Position numbers and translations under genes: made by a program. DNA of 63,853 bases, filler included, from Octopus bimaculoides (Eukaryota), in the NCBI RefSeq assembly GCF_001194135.2. It is 6 parts of 5 records of this genome, joined end to end, with 100 filler letters (N's around TTAATTAATTAA, not from the genome) between each part and the next. Parts side by side here need not be neighbours in the genome. Positions count along the whole stretch, not along the records: positions 1 to 24,250 come from NC_068983.1; 5 more parts are not named here. One strand, written 5' to 3'. The notes beneath the pieces are model-generated. The model was given only the letters and a program-made list of their open reading frames with translations. It was not told where the DNA came from and did not search any database. Shown here one piece after another: positions 1 through 15,055 of this stretch (positions are counted from its first letter, which is position 1; every line of letters begins with the position of its first letter).

Positions 1-25
1 ATATATTTATACACACAGAGAGAGA

Positions 26-61
<36 letters not shown>

Positions 62-110
62 AGAGAGAAATCGCGCGAGAGAAAGATAGAAAGATAGAGA
101 GAAAGATACA
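1..110. repeat. (AG)n/(TG)n microsatellite
   Basis: Direct dinucleotide runs. Confidence 0.95.
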
Positions 111-3100
111 CGAATGTGCATACATATAATTATGCGTACAGGCATGCGAATATCTCTATATACGAAATTCTTTTGTAAATGTGTTTGCTTTGCAGAGTTA
201 AGGTGACATGTAAATACATATTATATCGGAAAATCTGATAGGGTTACACTGTACTACATTGAATCAACCTATGCTTCCGTACGAGCAGACATCTGTGCTA
301 CGGTAAGTTAATCTCTAAAACTCGAATTTATATATGCTATGTTAGTAGGGCCTCTTCTCGTTATATTCCGTATGTGTGTGATAGTCGGCCCATTGTAAAA
401 TTTATCGCGCGCGCTTTTTCAGTTGATTGTTAAAATTACACAATTACCGAGACGATTCTTGTCTGCGTATTGAACTGAAAAATTTGATGCTGTCCAGAGT
501 AATTTACGAAATCATTTCTCATGGTTAATGATATCAACTTCGATTTTACTGAAATTTCAATCAGATTCCCTTGACAATTTTATTTCAGAAATCTGTTATT
601 TGTTTATTAGCTTCAGTCTTTCTACGAACATTAATCAATTTCTTCTGGTTTTAGTCAAAGTTATGTCATAGTTTGACCTTTTCCTGCTTTCATGTTTTCA
701 ATTTTTTGTCATTTCATTTAGATATTTCACATTTTTCGAAATAGATAGAATTTTATTTGTAAATCATTTTCAGTTTTCGTAATATAGCCTAATTTCCATT
801 GATATACTTCACGGTTGATGCTTGTCCAAAATGATATCGATACAGATATCATTATCTTAATTGGTGTTGTTATTGAGTAGGCATATGTTCGACTGTGTTT
901 TATCATTCACCAGTCTGGTGCTTTTCTTTGTATTCATATTCCATGTTCACGATAACGAGATCCAATATGTCGTTCCCTTTTAAAGATAATAGTATGTAAT
1001 CACAAGTAGTTTTGAATATTTTATCGAGCAATTCCAGTAATCATATAGAAATTATTTCGATGACTCGCATATTGAAATGTTCAAGATTCCAATATAAGAG
1101 TTGGATGTAGGGAAACGGAGCACAGGCAACATATTAAATATTCCTTTATGCTCTTCTCAAGCAGAGTTCGGTTCTCCATTCAAGTGAGGTTGAATGGTAA
1201 ATCAGTACCAGTTTTATAATGATGCCTATTCATATATTTATTTTCCTCCAGGTATAATTTTTTGTGTCAGAGTACGGAATCAATGTTATCCGGGAGAGTG
1301 TAGTGCATTAAAAAGCTAATTCTGAAACATTGATTTGTATTCATTTTGACATACCAAATGTGGTTGTAAAGTAGGCATGAATGCCACATTACACCATTGA
1401 CTTAGTACTATAAAATACATCTGTCTAACTTGCCTGAAAACACTATTGTTCTCGTCGACTAAACTTTGATGTGACTGATTCTGACCATACTAGTATTTTA
1501 TGGCAAAATCTCGCCGACTATGAATACACATCCATCTTCATTATTGAAATACAATTCGTTATTCTTCTGTTTTCAAATCCTGCTGGAATACAACAGATTA
1601 AAACAAAGCCTATACTCCAAGCAACGACGACATTCAAAGAAATCATAGTATTTGCATTCATTGTTATATGACAATGAGACTACACACATATTACAAAATA
1701 GTTTTATTGTTAATTACTACTTGATTAAATTTTCTCGGAGCTCAAAAAAAAAAAAAATGTACAAAAAAGAGAAAAGTGATTGCAAAAATAAAGCAAATAA
1801 AATGGTCGACTAGTTATATTACACAATCAAAAGAATGCGAAAAATAATGTTGTATTATACGTGTTTTTGCAACAAAATGTTTGCCCCAAGGTGGAGAGAA
1901 ATCTCGAAGGGAACCTTGATATTCCAGACATTAACTCTAGCTGATTACAGCTTCCATAAAAATGAATGTGAGAATGTATTTAACCGCCATGAATGATGTC
2001 AATATTTGTAGCGTAAAAAGTATTGTAAACTAAATTTACTCGCGTATATTTTTAATGGAAATAATATTGCATATAGTTGAAAGTAACGTATACATGAGAG
2101 GAGTCCAACAGATCTACTGGTGGCGCCCAAATAACAGTGACCACATTTCATTAATCATATATTATACAGACAAATAGTGTCTACGTTATCTACTAGAGAC
2201 AAGCAACAGCAATGACCACGTTATCTAATATAAAACAATGACCACAGTGACAAGTTCCCTACATGATAGATCAAAAAGAAGTGAAACCATATTGCCTAAT
2301 GCAGAAGAATCAACTCAGTAATCATGTTACTTTACGTAGACTACCAGCCTCACTGCCCTTGTCACCATTACAAATCATCAGCAGAAGTGAATACATTAAC
2401 TTTACTAAAATCCACCACATATAGGGCCACGTTTCCAAATACAGACCAACAACCAAGGTGACCACATTACCTACTATACCACCCATCAATTATAGTAATC
2501 CTGCGATCTTTAGTCAGCCACCAAAAGCAGTAACCATCCGAACTGATACCTGTTACGTCCATCTTTCAAGTAGGCTGTTATTACAGGAGGTCGAAATTTA
2601 CTTACATAAAATATTCCATTGTGTTAATGACTTACCGTTAGTTAAAAATAGGATGCAGCTGCTGCTCTGTCTTCACAATATTTGGGAGCGAAGTACCAGC
2701 AACATTGATCCTCATCCTTTCTATTATCTTGTATGACATGGAATTTTACACAATATAATTTAGAGCAGTAACTTTATATGTAAGCCTGAATTAACCCTGC
2801 TGATGAACGACATTTTCTAAACCTTGATACAAAAGCATTTTCGTATTTGTAACTCTCTCGATCACGCAACCGTACGGAATATCAGAACGTTCACCGCAGA
2901 TTTGGTCTTGGCAAAGTATTAATGGAATGTCATATATGATACCATTACAAAATCAAGGGACGCAAAGTCATTTAGTTAGCAATTTTGAACTAAAGTTTCA
3001 GGTAATGGATAGCTTACAGGGAAGATTTGTGTTCATAACACGATGCCTTTATAAGAACAAATAACGTATAAATACAACTATTAAAGGAGGTGGAAGTTGA

Positions 3101-4497
3101 AAAGCATAGAGAATACATTTTTGATATGTTTTGATATATATCGCGTTGCACATGAAACATGATGACCTAAAGTCATACATACATACATACATACATACAC
3201 ATACGTGCATACATACATACACACATACATAATTACATGCATATAAACAAGCATGGATGCACACATACATATATACATGTTTATATAAGGNNNNNNNNNN
3301 NNNNNNNNNNNNNNNNNNNNNNNNNNNNNNNNNNNNNNNNNNNNNNNNNNNNNNNNNNNNNNNNNNNNNNNNNNNNNNNNNNNNNNNNNNNNNNNNNNNN
3401 NNNNNNNNNNNNNNNNNNNNNNNNNNNNNNNNNNNNNNNNNNNNNNNNNNNNNNNNNNNNNNNNNNNNNNNNNNNNNNNNNNNNNNNNNNNNNNNNNNNN
3501 NNNNNNNNNNNNNNNNNNNNNNNNNNNNNNNNNTATATCTACCTATACATAGGTGGGTATATGTGTATAAGTGTGTATTTATGTATATATTCGAAACTAA
3601 GACATTCAAACTCTCTGGCAACTCACGAGCGCATGCAAAGTATTCACGCTCAGAATTTCACAGCCATACTCCTGTATTTACATCTATGACCTCCTCACGC
3701 ACATTTCTCTCGCCTTATTTTTTTTTACCTCAACTTGCGTCCACTAGCAGCACTTGATCTTCACGCTTTTCTCATACACAATGCATCGACACACCAATCC
3801 TACTAACCTACACTACTGTACCTGTGTAGATGCACATTGCTGCACGGAGAAAGAAACAACAACGCTCACACACATAGAACTGCATTATTTGCTATGTTAA
3901 AACGCATACTCTGTCGTTCCTCCTAAATCGCAACCCCTCTTGGTTCCTGATCCCTCGGCAGGTAATTTCTTACTCCTGTTTCTTAATCTTGTTTTCTCTT
4001 ACACAATTATCCTTTACTTTTTTCTATACATTCATCTGGATGAAAGTCGTCTAGCGCCCGAAATATCAACAGGTTTACTGCATTGCAAATATTTCACATG
4101 ATAAAATGTGTTATAATTTGTCCTCCATGAATGAGCATTTATTTTTGTTTTATTGTATTCACAGTACAAATAAGCACACAGGGACACACACACATCTACC
4201 CATGCGTACACACACACAGGCGCGCGCGCACGCGCACGCACGCACACACACACACACACCCATATGTGTGTGTGTGTGTGTGTGTATGTGTAGCTGTCAT
4301 CTACTATAGACTTGGGCAGATCATGTACGAAATTTGTAGTAAGGTATATGGTAAAGTTTGACCGTGGCTCATTTTGCGTCATTATAATATTTCGATATAC
4401 TTTATTTTTTGTTAGAAATCTGACACGTCTATTTCTTTATTTTAACTCATTTTGTGCATTATAAAGCGGTTTTTTTTTTTGCTATTTTTGTTTATAG

Positions 4498-5436
4498 ATG
4501 GATAAGTCGGAAATTCATACAGTTTTTAATTATGAGTTCTTTCTTGGAAATACAGCATCACAGACAACTAGGAATACTTTTGGAGTATTTCATTGCATTG
4601 TGATTACATAGCAGAAAGTATCAAATTGGTTTGCAAATTTTGTTCTGGCAAAATTGACCTCACAAATGAGCAGCGCGGTCGACCAGAAACAAAGGTGGAT
4701 AATGATGAACTGAACGCCACTCTCAAGTCAATTCCATGTCAATGTGTCCGTGAATTATCGTTGTTGTTTGGTGTTAGCAAACAAACAATATTGAGTCACC
4801 TAGTTCATGTCGGTAAAGTGAAAAATTTGGATAAGAGTGTTCCACATGAAGACAATAAAAATCAGAAACAGCAACGTCTGGAAGACTGCATTATGCTACA
4901 GCACAATAGTTGGACATAGAGGAGCCACCAAAACACAGTCCAAAAGGCAAAATTTATCAAAAGAAGCTGATGGTGTGTTTGGTGCTGTGCCGCAGGTGTA
5001 ATCTATTATGATTTCAGTAAAACTGGCTCAACAATCACGGCTGAAGTATGCTGCAGCCAACTAGACTAAATGATGCAGAAATGTAGAAAAATAAAACAGC
5101 CTGAATTAGTCAGCAAATCCACTCCTATTTCATTGCAAGACAACGCCAGACCACACATCGCAAAAGTAACGTTGGCGAAACTATATGATTTGGAGTTGCA
5201 AGTTCTCCATCATCCATCCTACTCAACTGATCTTTTCCCCCACTAATAACCACTTCCTCCAGAATTAGGATTATTTTTTTATGCGAAACCTTTTAATTCC
5301 GGTGATGCTGTAAAAAAATGCCTTCCAAGAATTTATTGACTCTAGATTGCCAAAGTTTTACAGTTCCGGGATGGACAAGCTAGCACTGAAATGTCAAAAG
5401 TGTATTGACAATATGGGCGCATACTTTGATGAATAA
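4498..5436 (+). pseudogene. Decayed mariner (DD34D-type) transposase, internally deleted and frameshifted
   Basis: Manual translation: MDKSEIHTVFNYEFFLGNTASQT; ORF 4593-4919 RGRPETKVDNDEL...GKVKNLDKSVPHE (WVPHEL-like); QDNARPHIA; HPSYSTDLSP (YSPDLAP-like); C-terminus QKCIDNMGAYFDE*. An 11-bp inverted match gaaatttgtag lies at 4329-4339 and 5481-5491. Confidence 0.9.
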
Positions 5437-6533
5437 AACTATTCCTTTTATTTATAAAGCATTAGAAGACATTTTCTTTCCTACAAATTTCTCACATTCT
5501 GACATGACGAAATAATTTATATATATATATATATATNNNNNNNNNNNNNNNNNNNNNNNNNNNNNNNNNNNNNNNNNNNNNNNNNNNNNNNNNNNNNNNN
5601 NNNNNNNNNNNNNNNNNNNNNNNNNNNNNNNNNNNNNNNNNNNNNNNNNNNNNNNNNNNNNNNNNNNNNNNNNNNNNNNNNNNNNNNNNNNNNNNNNNNN
5701 NNNNNNNNNNNNNNNNNNNNNNNNNNNNNNNNNNNNNNNNNNNNNNNNNNNNNNNNNNNNNNNNNNNNNNNNNNNNNNNNNNNNNNNNNNNNNNNNNNNN
5801 NNNNNNNNNNNNNNNNNNNNNNNNNNNNNNNNNNNNNNNNNNNNNNNNNNNNNNNNNNNNNNNNNNNNNNNNNNNNNNNNNNNNNNNNNNNNNNNNNNNN
5901 NNNNNNNNNNNNNNNNNNNNNNNNNNNNNNNNNNNNNNNNNNNNNNNNNNNNNNNNNNNNNNNNNNNNNNNNNNNNNNNNNNNNNNNNNNNNNNNNNNNN
6001 NNNNNNNNNNNNNNNNNNNNNNNNNNNNNNNNNNNNNNNNNNNNNNNNNNNNNNNNNNNNNNNNNNNNNNNNNNNNNNNNNNNNNNNNNNNNNNNNNNNN
6101 NNNNNNNNNNNNNNNNNNNNNNNNNNNNNNNNNNNNNNNNNNNNNNNNNNNNNNNNNNNNNNNNNNNNNNNNNNNNNNNNNNNNNNNNNNNNNNNNNNNN
6201 NNNNNNNNNNNNNNNNNNNNNNNNNNNNNNNNNNNNNNNNNNNNNNNNNNNNNNNNNNNNNNNNNNNNNNNNNNNNNNNNNNNNNNNNNNNNNNNNNNNN
6301 NNNNNNNNNNNNNNNNNNNNNNNNNNNNNNNNNNNNNNNNNNNNNNNNNNNNNNNNNNNNNNNNNNNNNNNNNNNNNNNNNNNNNNNNNNNNNNNNNNNN
6401 NNNNNNNNNNNNNNNNNNNNNNTATATATATATATATATATATACATACATACATACATACATACATACACACAGACACAGACAGACTGACACACACACA
6501 CACGTGCACACACTTACACACATATATACACAT

Positions 6534-6910
6534 AGAGACTTGGTTGTGTAGTAAGAAGCTTGCTTATCAATCGCATAGTTCTGCGTTTAGTCCCACTGTG
6601 TAGGCGTGTTCTACTATAGACTCAGGCCGACCGCCTTTTGAATGGATTTGGTTGATGGAAACTGAAAGAAACCTGTTGTGTATGCACATGTATATATGTA
6701 TATGCGTATGTCGTTGTGTTTGTGTTCGTTGCCCTCCTCCGCCCCATCACCGCTTGAAACTTGTTTTGATTTGTTTACGTCCCCATAACATATCGATTCA
6801 CCAGAAGTTTCCGATAGAGTACTAGACTTCAAAAAAAAAGTTCTGCTGTCGATTTGTTCGACTAAAGCTCCAGCATGGCCAGTCAAATGTGCGAAACACA
6901 ATGAAAAGGA
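6534..6910 (+). mobile_element. tRNA-derived SINE, family A (tggtaagaagcttgct head; gctccagcatggcc...tgaaac tail), degraded
   Basis: A-box/B-box-like head. The same head and tail recur at 7610-7655 and 51127-51300. Confidence 0.75.
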
Positions 6911-7895
6911 TAATAAGAAAATGATCATTAGAAAAAAATTATATGTATANNNNNNNNNNNNNNNNNNNNNNNNNNNNNNNNNNNNNNNNNNNNNNNNNNN
7001 NNNNNNNNNNNNNNNNNNNNNNNNNNNNNNNNNNNNNNNNNNNNNNNNNNNNNNNNNNNNNNNNNNNNNNNNNNNNNNNNNNNNNNNNNNNNNNNNNNNN
7101 NNNNNNNNNNNNNNNNNNNNNNNNNNNNNNNNNNNNNNNNNNNNNNNNNNNNNNNNNNNNNNNNNNNNNNNNNNNNNNNNNNNNNNNNNNNNNNNNNNNN
7201 NNNNNNNNNNNNNNNNNNNNNNNNNNNNNNNNNNNNNNNNNNNNNNNNNNNNNNNNNNNNNNNNNNNNNNNNNNNNNNNNNNNNNNNNNNNNNNNNNNNN
7301 NNNNNNNNNNNNNNNNNNNNNNNNNNNNNNNNNNNNNNNNNNNNNNNNNNNNNNNNNNNNNNNNNNNNNNNNNNNNNNNNNNNNNNNNNNNNNNNNNNNN
7401 NNNNNNNNNNNNNNNNNNNNNNNNNNNNNNNNNNNNNNNNNNNNNNNNNNNNNNNNNNNNNNNNNNNNNNNNNNNNNNNNNNNNNNNNNNNNNNNNNNNN
7501 NNNNNNNNNNNNNNNNNNNNNNNNNNNNNNNNNNNNNNNNNNNNNNNNNNNNNNNNNNNNNNNNNNNNNNNNNNNNNNNNNNNNNNNNNNNNNNNNNNNN
7601 NNNNNNNNGCACCAGCATGACCGCAGCCACTTGGCTGAAACACATAAATAAATAAATAAATAAATATATATATGCATTTGTGTATATATGTTTGCACACA
7701 CTTTTTAGCCACGATATAGTTATCACCCTTGTGTACCTTATTTCCAACCACCTCCTTCCGGTCACTTCATGATGTATAATCGTGAAACCAAACAGCATCT
7801 ATTGTTTTCTATCCGACTGCTTTCTTCTATCCATCGTTCTCTACTCTTTCGGCTCTGTAGAAGCATCAAAGATTCTTGAATTATCCAATATATTT

Positions 7896-8108
7896 AAGGC
7901 GGTGAAGTGGCAGAAACGTTAGCATGCTGGGCGAAATACTTAACGGCATTTCGTGTTTTTACTATCTGAGTTCAAATTCCGCAGAGGTCGACATTGCCTT
8001 TCATCTTTCGGGATCAATAAATTAGTAACAGTTACGTACTGGGATCGGTCTGATTGACTGGCCCCCTCTCCCAAATTTTCACTCCATGTACCTAGTGTAG
8101 AAAAGAAT
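7896..8108 (+). mobile_element. tRNA-derived SINE, family B (aaggcgg...ggcagaa head)
   Basis: Shares ctgagttcaaattccgc.gaggtcgac.ttgcctttcatc with the copies at 27672-28067, 34389-34605, 36421-36630 and 48530-48730. Confidence 0.85.
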
Positions 8109-8203
8109 TTTGCAATAGCTTCAAAAAACGTAACATGTTTGTTGTACTCTTACCTGTATCTGTCATTTGCTATTTTATCTTGCTTCTACATTTTTGAAAT
8201 ACA

Positions 8204-8264
<61 letters not shown>

Positions 8265-9499
8265 TACATTTAAACGCATAAGAGGTATCCTATGATGGTC
8301 ACCTCTTTTGTATCTAAATGTACACTATATTTATTTGAATAATTTATAGTCTATTGCCTAGTTTTCTGCATGCTAGGCTAGTGGTATTTAAAAAATGTCT
8401 AAACGTTTTCCCTACCCTCATATTTATTAATTATTGATATTTTTTGGCAAAATTTCGAAGAAATGCCCGCATCATTTTTATTTGCTGCCGACAAAAAAAT
8501 GTGCTGCGCGGAGGATTGGAAACATTGTAATATATAAGAACGAGGCATATACTGTATTGCCTCGTATTTATATGTTAATCTTGGCGACCCTGCTGTAGAA
8601 CGCTCCGACAAGCAAATTACATTATTTGTTAATTTTGTGTCAGAAACCATGGTCCAGGAGTTAGATGGTAAATGATTTTATTTTTCATCCCCTTGGAGAT
8701 TTATCCCTAACACATGTACATATGGTGTATGAATTTAGCTTCTGTTTTGAAACCAATTATCGTGATCTTTAATTTTCATTAGCAATTTTTTTAAAAATCA
8801 GTCAATAATATGTAACTGACAGTTGAGCTGCTGCTTCTCACATGCTCACTTGTACTGGGGTATTATTTTTAATATGTAATATCTGGAGAATCTTCATACA
8901 TATGCATAGAGAGCTTGCGTGTTTTAACCCTTGAAACTCTCTTCTGTGCAACTGATAGATGATACATTTATTTTCACATGTCCATATATCCTGATATGTT
9001 GAAGATTGTTACTCATCGCAAAATAAACCTAGTGAACATGTAGAATAGTTGAAACGTAATGTTGTTGGCTATGTATGTCTTGACCTCAAATGCGGCACAT
9101 ATCAACTTAGCCTTTCCTCTTCCAGTGATTTGAAAAATAAACTATTACTTGAGGACTAGGTCGATGATATTTGCATCTAGCTTCCCTTCAAAAATGTCTG
9201 GCTTTGAGCTTAAATATAAAAATATTGTTAATAGTGAGAATCATGTTCTTGTTGCTTTTATAGCTAGACACTGTCATTTCAGTTTCCAGAAGAAATAACA
9301 CACGAGCTCATCTTACAGTAACTAACAGTGGATGATTTGTACTATTTACATCTAAGAGAAACAGTTTCTTACGCATTTACTCTAACCTTCTTCGTAATGG
9401 CACCACATAACTTCCAGAAGATTATTATGAATTGTACTTTGACCAGTGTCTCGACAACTCACTCTGGGGAATTTGAATACTAATACTGAACGACGACAA

Positions 9500-9572
9500 A
9501 TAACCGAAACTGCTATTACTCCTACTAGCATCATCACCACTAACACCACCGCTACCACTACCACAACCACCT

Positions 9573-9619
<47 letters not shown>

Positions 9620-9626
9620 GCTGCTG

Positions 9627-9673
<47 letters not shown>

Positions 9674-9857
9674 GCTTCCAACCCCACCACAACAACAACC
9701 GTTACTACTACACGTTTCTTATTAATACTACTAGTAGTAATAGTACTAGTAGGTGGAGCGATAGTGATAATAGTTGCATTATTACTACTGCTACTACTAC
9801 TACTGCTGCTACTACTATTACCACCAATGCTATTTGTACTACTGCTGCTACTAGAAT

Positions 9858-9894
<37 letters not shown>

Positions 9895-10999
9895 GGTAGT
9901 AGTAGTAGTAATACATCTATTACCACTTCCACTCTAGCTCCTCCTCCTGCTCTTTCTCATCAACTTCCTACTACAAATACTAGTAGTAGTAGTAGTCGTC
10001 GTCGTCGAAGTAGTAGTAGCATTCATAACAGCCGTTTCTGTTGTTGTTGTAATAATATAATAAAAACACTAGGAACATATATCAGCCTCCAAAACAGCCC
10101 TATCAACACTACATCATCATCTATCACTCTGAATACCACCTTTATCAACAATTATATTATGAATGCCACCACAAATGCTACCTCCTCAACACAAGTACCA
10201 TCACTATAACCACACCATCACCGCCCCCCCCCCGCTATCTTCACGACTACCACCATCCGTGTTAGTACTATTTTCCGTGTTAACATCCTCACAACTCACT
10301 CCGACACTGCCTTTCTTAATACTACTTAAGTAGTAATATCAGCACCACGACGGTCAGTACGATGACCGGAGCCAACCTCGCCGTCAATATGGTCATCATC
10401 ATGAGCATCATCATCGTCGTCTTCAACTTCTTCACCGCCACCATCGTCACAAACAATACCACCACCACCACCACCANNNNNNNNNNNNNNNNNNNNNNNN
10501 NNNNNNNNNNNNNNNNNNNNNNNNNNNNNNNNNNNNNNNNNNNNNNNNNNNNNNNNNNNNNNNNNNNNNNNNNNNNNNNNNNNNNNNNNNNNNNNNNNNN
10601 NNNNNNNNNNNNNNNNNNNNNNNNNNNNNNNNNNNNNNNNNNNNNNNNNNNNNNNNNNNNNNNNNNNNNNNNNNNNNNNNNNNNNNNNNNNNNNNNNNNN
10701 NNNNNNNNNNNNCCCCCCCACTACCCAGTGCCTCTGATATTAACATCTTCAACAGCATCTCCACCGCTGCTACCACCACAACCCTCAATTCACCGCCACC
10801 GCCAATGCTACTGCAACCACTACCAAGATCGCATCACCGCAACCGCCATTGCCATCGTCAGCGTTGTCATTTTCATCATCACCGCTCTTACCAGCATCAT
10901 CACCAGCCCAACAGACATCATCATCACAGTCTTCGTAACTACTACAACATCCTTGACCAACTAGCTTCATCATCATCGTGGTCGTCGTCGTCATCATCG

Positions 11000-11038
<39 letters not shown>

Positions 11039-11624
11039 CCACCATCACCTATATCCACAAAACCACCACTACCACTACTACTACTACTAACCATCACTCC
11101 ATGACTCCACCCCCCCTCTCTCATCACTACTGCCCTAATCATTCTTACCACCCTACCATCGTTCTATCAGTTCTACCATCAGGACAAAAGCTTCACCATC
11201 ATAACATTATCGCAGGCGCCAAGCATTTGCGACCAATCGGTTTGTTAGAAATAGCAGCCATTTCTCTTTTTACTCAAACTCTATTCTTTTTTGTAGAAAA
11301 TAGAAGAAAAAAGCACAGTGGATTATGAGATCTTTGATACATAGGATATACAGATGGGCACGGTAGGAATGTCTTTGATCACAGACATAATTCTCCTGTG
11401 CTGACCTGGGGGTTAAATAGCAACAACCTCACCTGCGGCAAGTGAAAATATTGTAAGTGCTACTACCACCGGAGCCGCTAGCATCACCACCCACCACCAC
11501 CACCACCGCCACCACCACCACGCGTACTACAATTACTACCAACAGCACTACAACCACTCTACTATTACAAATGCTGCTGTTGCTGCCGCCACTACTACTA
11601 CTACTACTGCTACTACTACTGCTT

Positions 11625-11655
<31 letters not shown>

Positions 11656-12480
11656 CTTTACTACTACTACTACTACTGCTACTACTGCTGCTGCTGCTAC
11701 TACTGCTGCTGCTGCTACTGTTGCTGCTGCAGCTACTACTACTACTACTACTGCTACTACTACTACTGCCACCATCACCACCGCTGCAGTCAATAGTGCA
11801 CCACCCCTACTGCTGCCGCCAATACTATTTGCTCGATGATAACTAAAATTACTGTTTATACCACCACCACTACTACTAACACCAACACCATCGCTAAAAC
11901 AAATAGCACCACGGAAAGGAACACTAGCACCACAGCCACTTCTGCCTCAACACCCGCTACTACCGCTGCTAGAGTAACCACGATCGATTCCTCCAATGCT
12001 ACAACCACCGCTACTACCAGCACATCGACTGCTACCACCACCAGTACCATCACGACCACTACAACTAGAACTGTTACTGCGACCGCCGTTACCGCTGCTA
12101 CTCCTACTATTACTGCAACCATTACTACCGTTACTGCCACTGCCACTACAGCTGTTTCTGCCACCACCACCATCACCATCACTACCATTATTATTACTGC
12201 TGCCACCATCGCCACTAATACAAGACCTACAGCTGATATTGCCACCAACCCTAAAAATCCACCTCCACCTACTCCTGCAACTTCACAAACTGTCTCCTCC
12301 TTCATTTGCACCTCTGTGTTTTTCTCTCCTTCACTCCCCTCTATTTTCTGCTCTTACTACTACTACTACTACTACTACTACCATCGCTGCTACTGCTGCT
12401 GTCACGATTGCTACTACAACTGCCTCCTGCTGTGACTAGTTGCCACCACAACTACCACGGCCGCAACTTCAACTATGACG
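9500..12480. repeat. Mosaic of cryptic trinucleotide repeats (ACT/ACC/CAT/CTG)
   Basis: Long (ACT)n, (CAC)n and (CAT)n runs plus degenerate ACN triplets. These generate the poly-T/L/Y/V ORFs in the track. Confidence 0.9.
11225..11430 (+). mobile_element. SINE-like 3' fragment (gaaatagcagcc... ggggttaaatagcaacaac family)
   Basis: Similar segments at 26990-27225, 41540-41640 and 49870-49900. Confidence 0.55.
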
Positions 12481-12759
12481 ACTAATATATATATTGCCAC
12501 ATTCTTGTTAACAACAAACGAAATGAATTTATTTAACCACATAATCTCCAACCTAATTTACCTATCTAACAACCTACCCACGTATATACAGACATATATC
12601 TTCAATCCTACCTATTTACCTAGATGTTCATCTACTTACCTGTCAACTTATCTATCTGTCTTCCTGCCATTTCATAGCATGAAACTCTGTCCTTTATCAC
12701 CTGCCACCCGCCTGCCATCCTATTTAGCTACTCACCTATTTACATAGCTATCTATCTAT

Positions 12760-13636
12760 CAATCTATCTATCTGTATGTATGCATGCATGCATGTATGTA
12801 TGTATATGTGTGTGTTTGTGTGTGTTCATGATTACCTACCTGCCTATATACCCATGTAGCTACCTATCTACATACCTACCTATATACTACGTAAATGTCG
12901 AATTTGCTTACCATTCTATTGGGCTCCCTACATACATACCTATTTAACATCCTACATACTAAATTACTTATCTATTACAAAACTAACACTACCACCTCCG
13001 CACTAGCGGCAAACAATTCCACTAATCCAATATCGTCACACCTACCGAGACCATCACACCGAATTAGCATCATCACGATATCACCACATCTGTCTGTTCC
13101 TCTATCTATCTATCCATCCATCCGTCTATCAATCCACCTATCCATCCATCCATCCATCCATCCATCCATCCATCTCCGTCTCTGTATTTGTCTTTCTCTC
13201 ACCCTCTTTGTCTCAGTCTCTGTCTGTCTCACTGTCTCTTTGTCTCTCTCTCTATATATTTATATCTATACATACACACACACACATACATACACACACA
13301 CATACATACAAGCATACCTACACACACATATATACATACATACATACATACATACATACATACATACATACATACGTACATATATNNNNNNNNNNNNNNN
13401 NNNNNNNNNNNNNNNNNNNNNNNNNNNNNNNNNNNNNNNNNNNNNNNNNNNNNNNNNNNNNNNNNNNNNNNNNNNNNNNNNNNNNNNNNNNNNNNNNNNN
13501 NNNNNNNNNNNNNNNNNNNNNNNNNNNNNNNNNNNNNNNNNNNNNNNNNNNNNNNNNNNNNNNNNNNNNNNNNNNNNNNNNNNNNNNNNNNNNNNNNNNN
13601 NNNNNNNNNNNNNNNNNNNNNNNNNNNNNNNNNNNN

Positions 13637-13679
<43 letters not shown>

Positions 13680-14396
13680 CAGAGAGACAGAGACGGAGGT
13701 ATAGTATCTTCCCACCACAACTACTAAAAGCACCACTACAACATCAATACACCTCAAGTCATTCGATTCTCAAAAAGGTATTTGTGAGATTTGTGATGAA
13801 ATCATTAAATTCTTCTACGATCACCTTCATAATAAGCACAATGTCAGCGACAAGAACAAACAATAAGTTGGTCATCAATATCGAAGTCATCAAACATCAA
13901 CATCACACACAATCACTATTACAATTAGAGGTATTTACACACACTATTACCGACATCATCATCTTCATGAACATTAACCTTGCCTGTAATCCTCTTGCTT
14001 CTGTCCTTGCACCTTCTCCTCCTCCTTATCATCATCATTCCCATCCATACTACCATAATCGTTGTCATCACCAGTAACATAACCACCACCGTTAACAGCA
14101 CTATCTCAACCAACAACGACAACATCACCAATACCTAAACCACCACCACCACCACCACCGCCACCACCATCATCTTCATCAACGTCACCTTCATCTCCAT
14201 CTCTAACAATAACAAGAGCAACAACAACTATCGGCATCACACGCATAAGCACTACCCTTGCCGCTACCATCGTCATCCACCGTCATCATCGTAATTATCG
14301 TCGTCATCATTATCGTCATTGTCCAAATATCACCAGCAAATAGCAACAGAGATATTAACAACAACACCAACAACAGCAGTAACAGCAAAAATAAGT

Positions 14397-14438
<42 letters not shown>

Positions 14439-14562
14439 AAGATTAAAGAGAGAGAAAGAGAGATTAAAGAGAGAGAAAGAACGAAAGAGTAATAATAGAA
14501 CTGCTAGAAGTGAAGCAAGATGCAGGGGTGACGAGCAACAGTTATAGACAGGGTGACCGGCA

Positions 14563-14616
<54 letters not shown>

Positions 14617-15019
14617 GCGTAGCATTATTAGAAACAGAAGTGGCAGCAGTCGCAGAGCAGTAGCAGTGTTGGCATTAAAAGCATTGCCATCTGCGACAAG
14701 AACAACAACAATATAACAACTCAACACTTTCAGCTTCTTCATCCTTTCACAAGTTATAGTCATTTATATATCTTGGCGTGAGTGCGCGTGGATTGCTAAA
14801 AGTGTATAAGTATGTATATATGTGTGTATGTACATAAGTATGTATGTGTATGTATACGTATGAATGTATGCATGTATGTTACTTTCTATATGTGGTTACA
14901 TGTGTATTTTTTTTCTGTATGACTACATATATGTACAGGCTAATAGATGGATGGATAGATAGATAGATTCATACATACATATATACATACATACACACGT
15001 ACATTGATAGATAGATAGT

Positions 15020-15053
<34 letters not shown>

Positions 15054-15055
15054 CA
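12760..15055. repeat. Tetranucleotide/dinucleotide microsatellites (CTAT, CCAT, CATA, AG, GATA) with interleaved trinucleotide repeats and a gap
   Basis: Direct observation. Confidence 0.9.

Noticed and set aside
196-302. AG...GTAAGT-bounded 107-nt segment
   Set aside because: Stop codons in all three frames from that acceptor; could only be UTR and there is no further support.
4240-4290. (CA)n-CATATG-(TG)n inverted repeat (similar one at about 62335-62365)
   Set aside because: Trivial product of adjacent complementary microsatellites.
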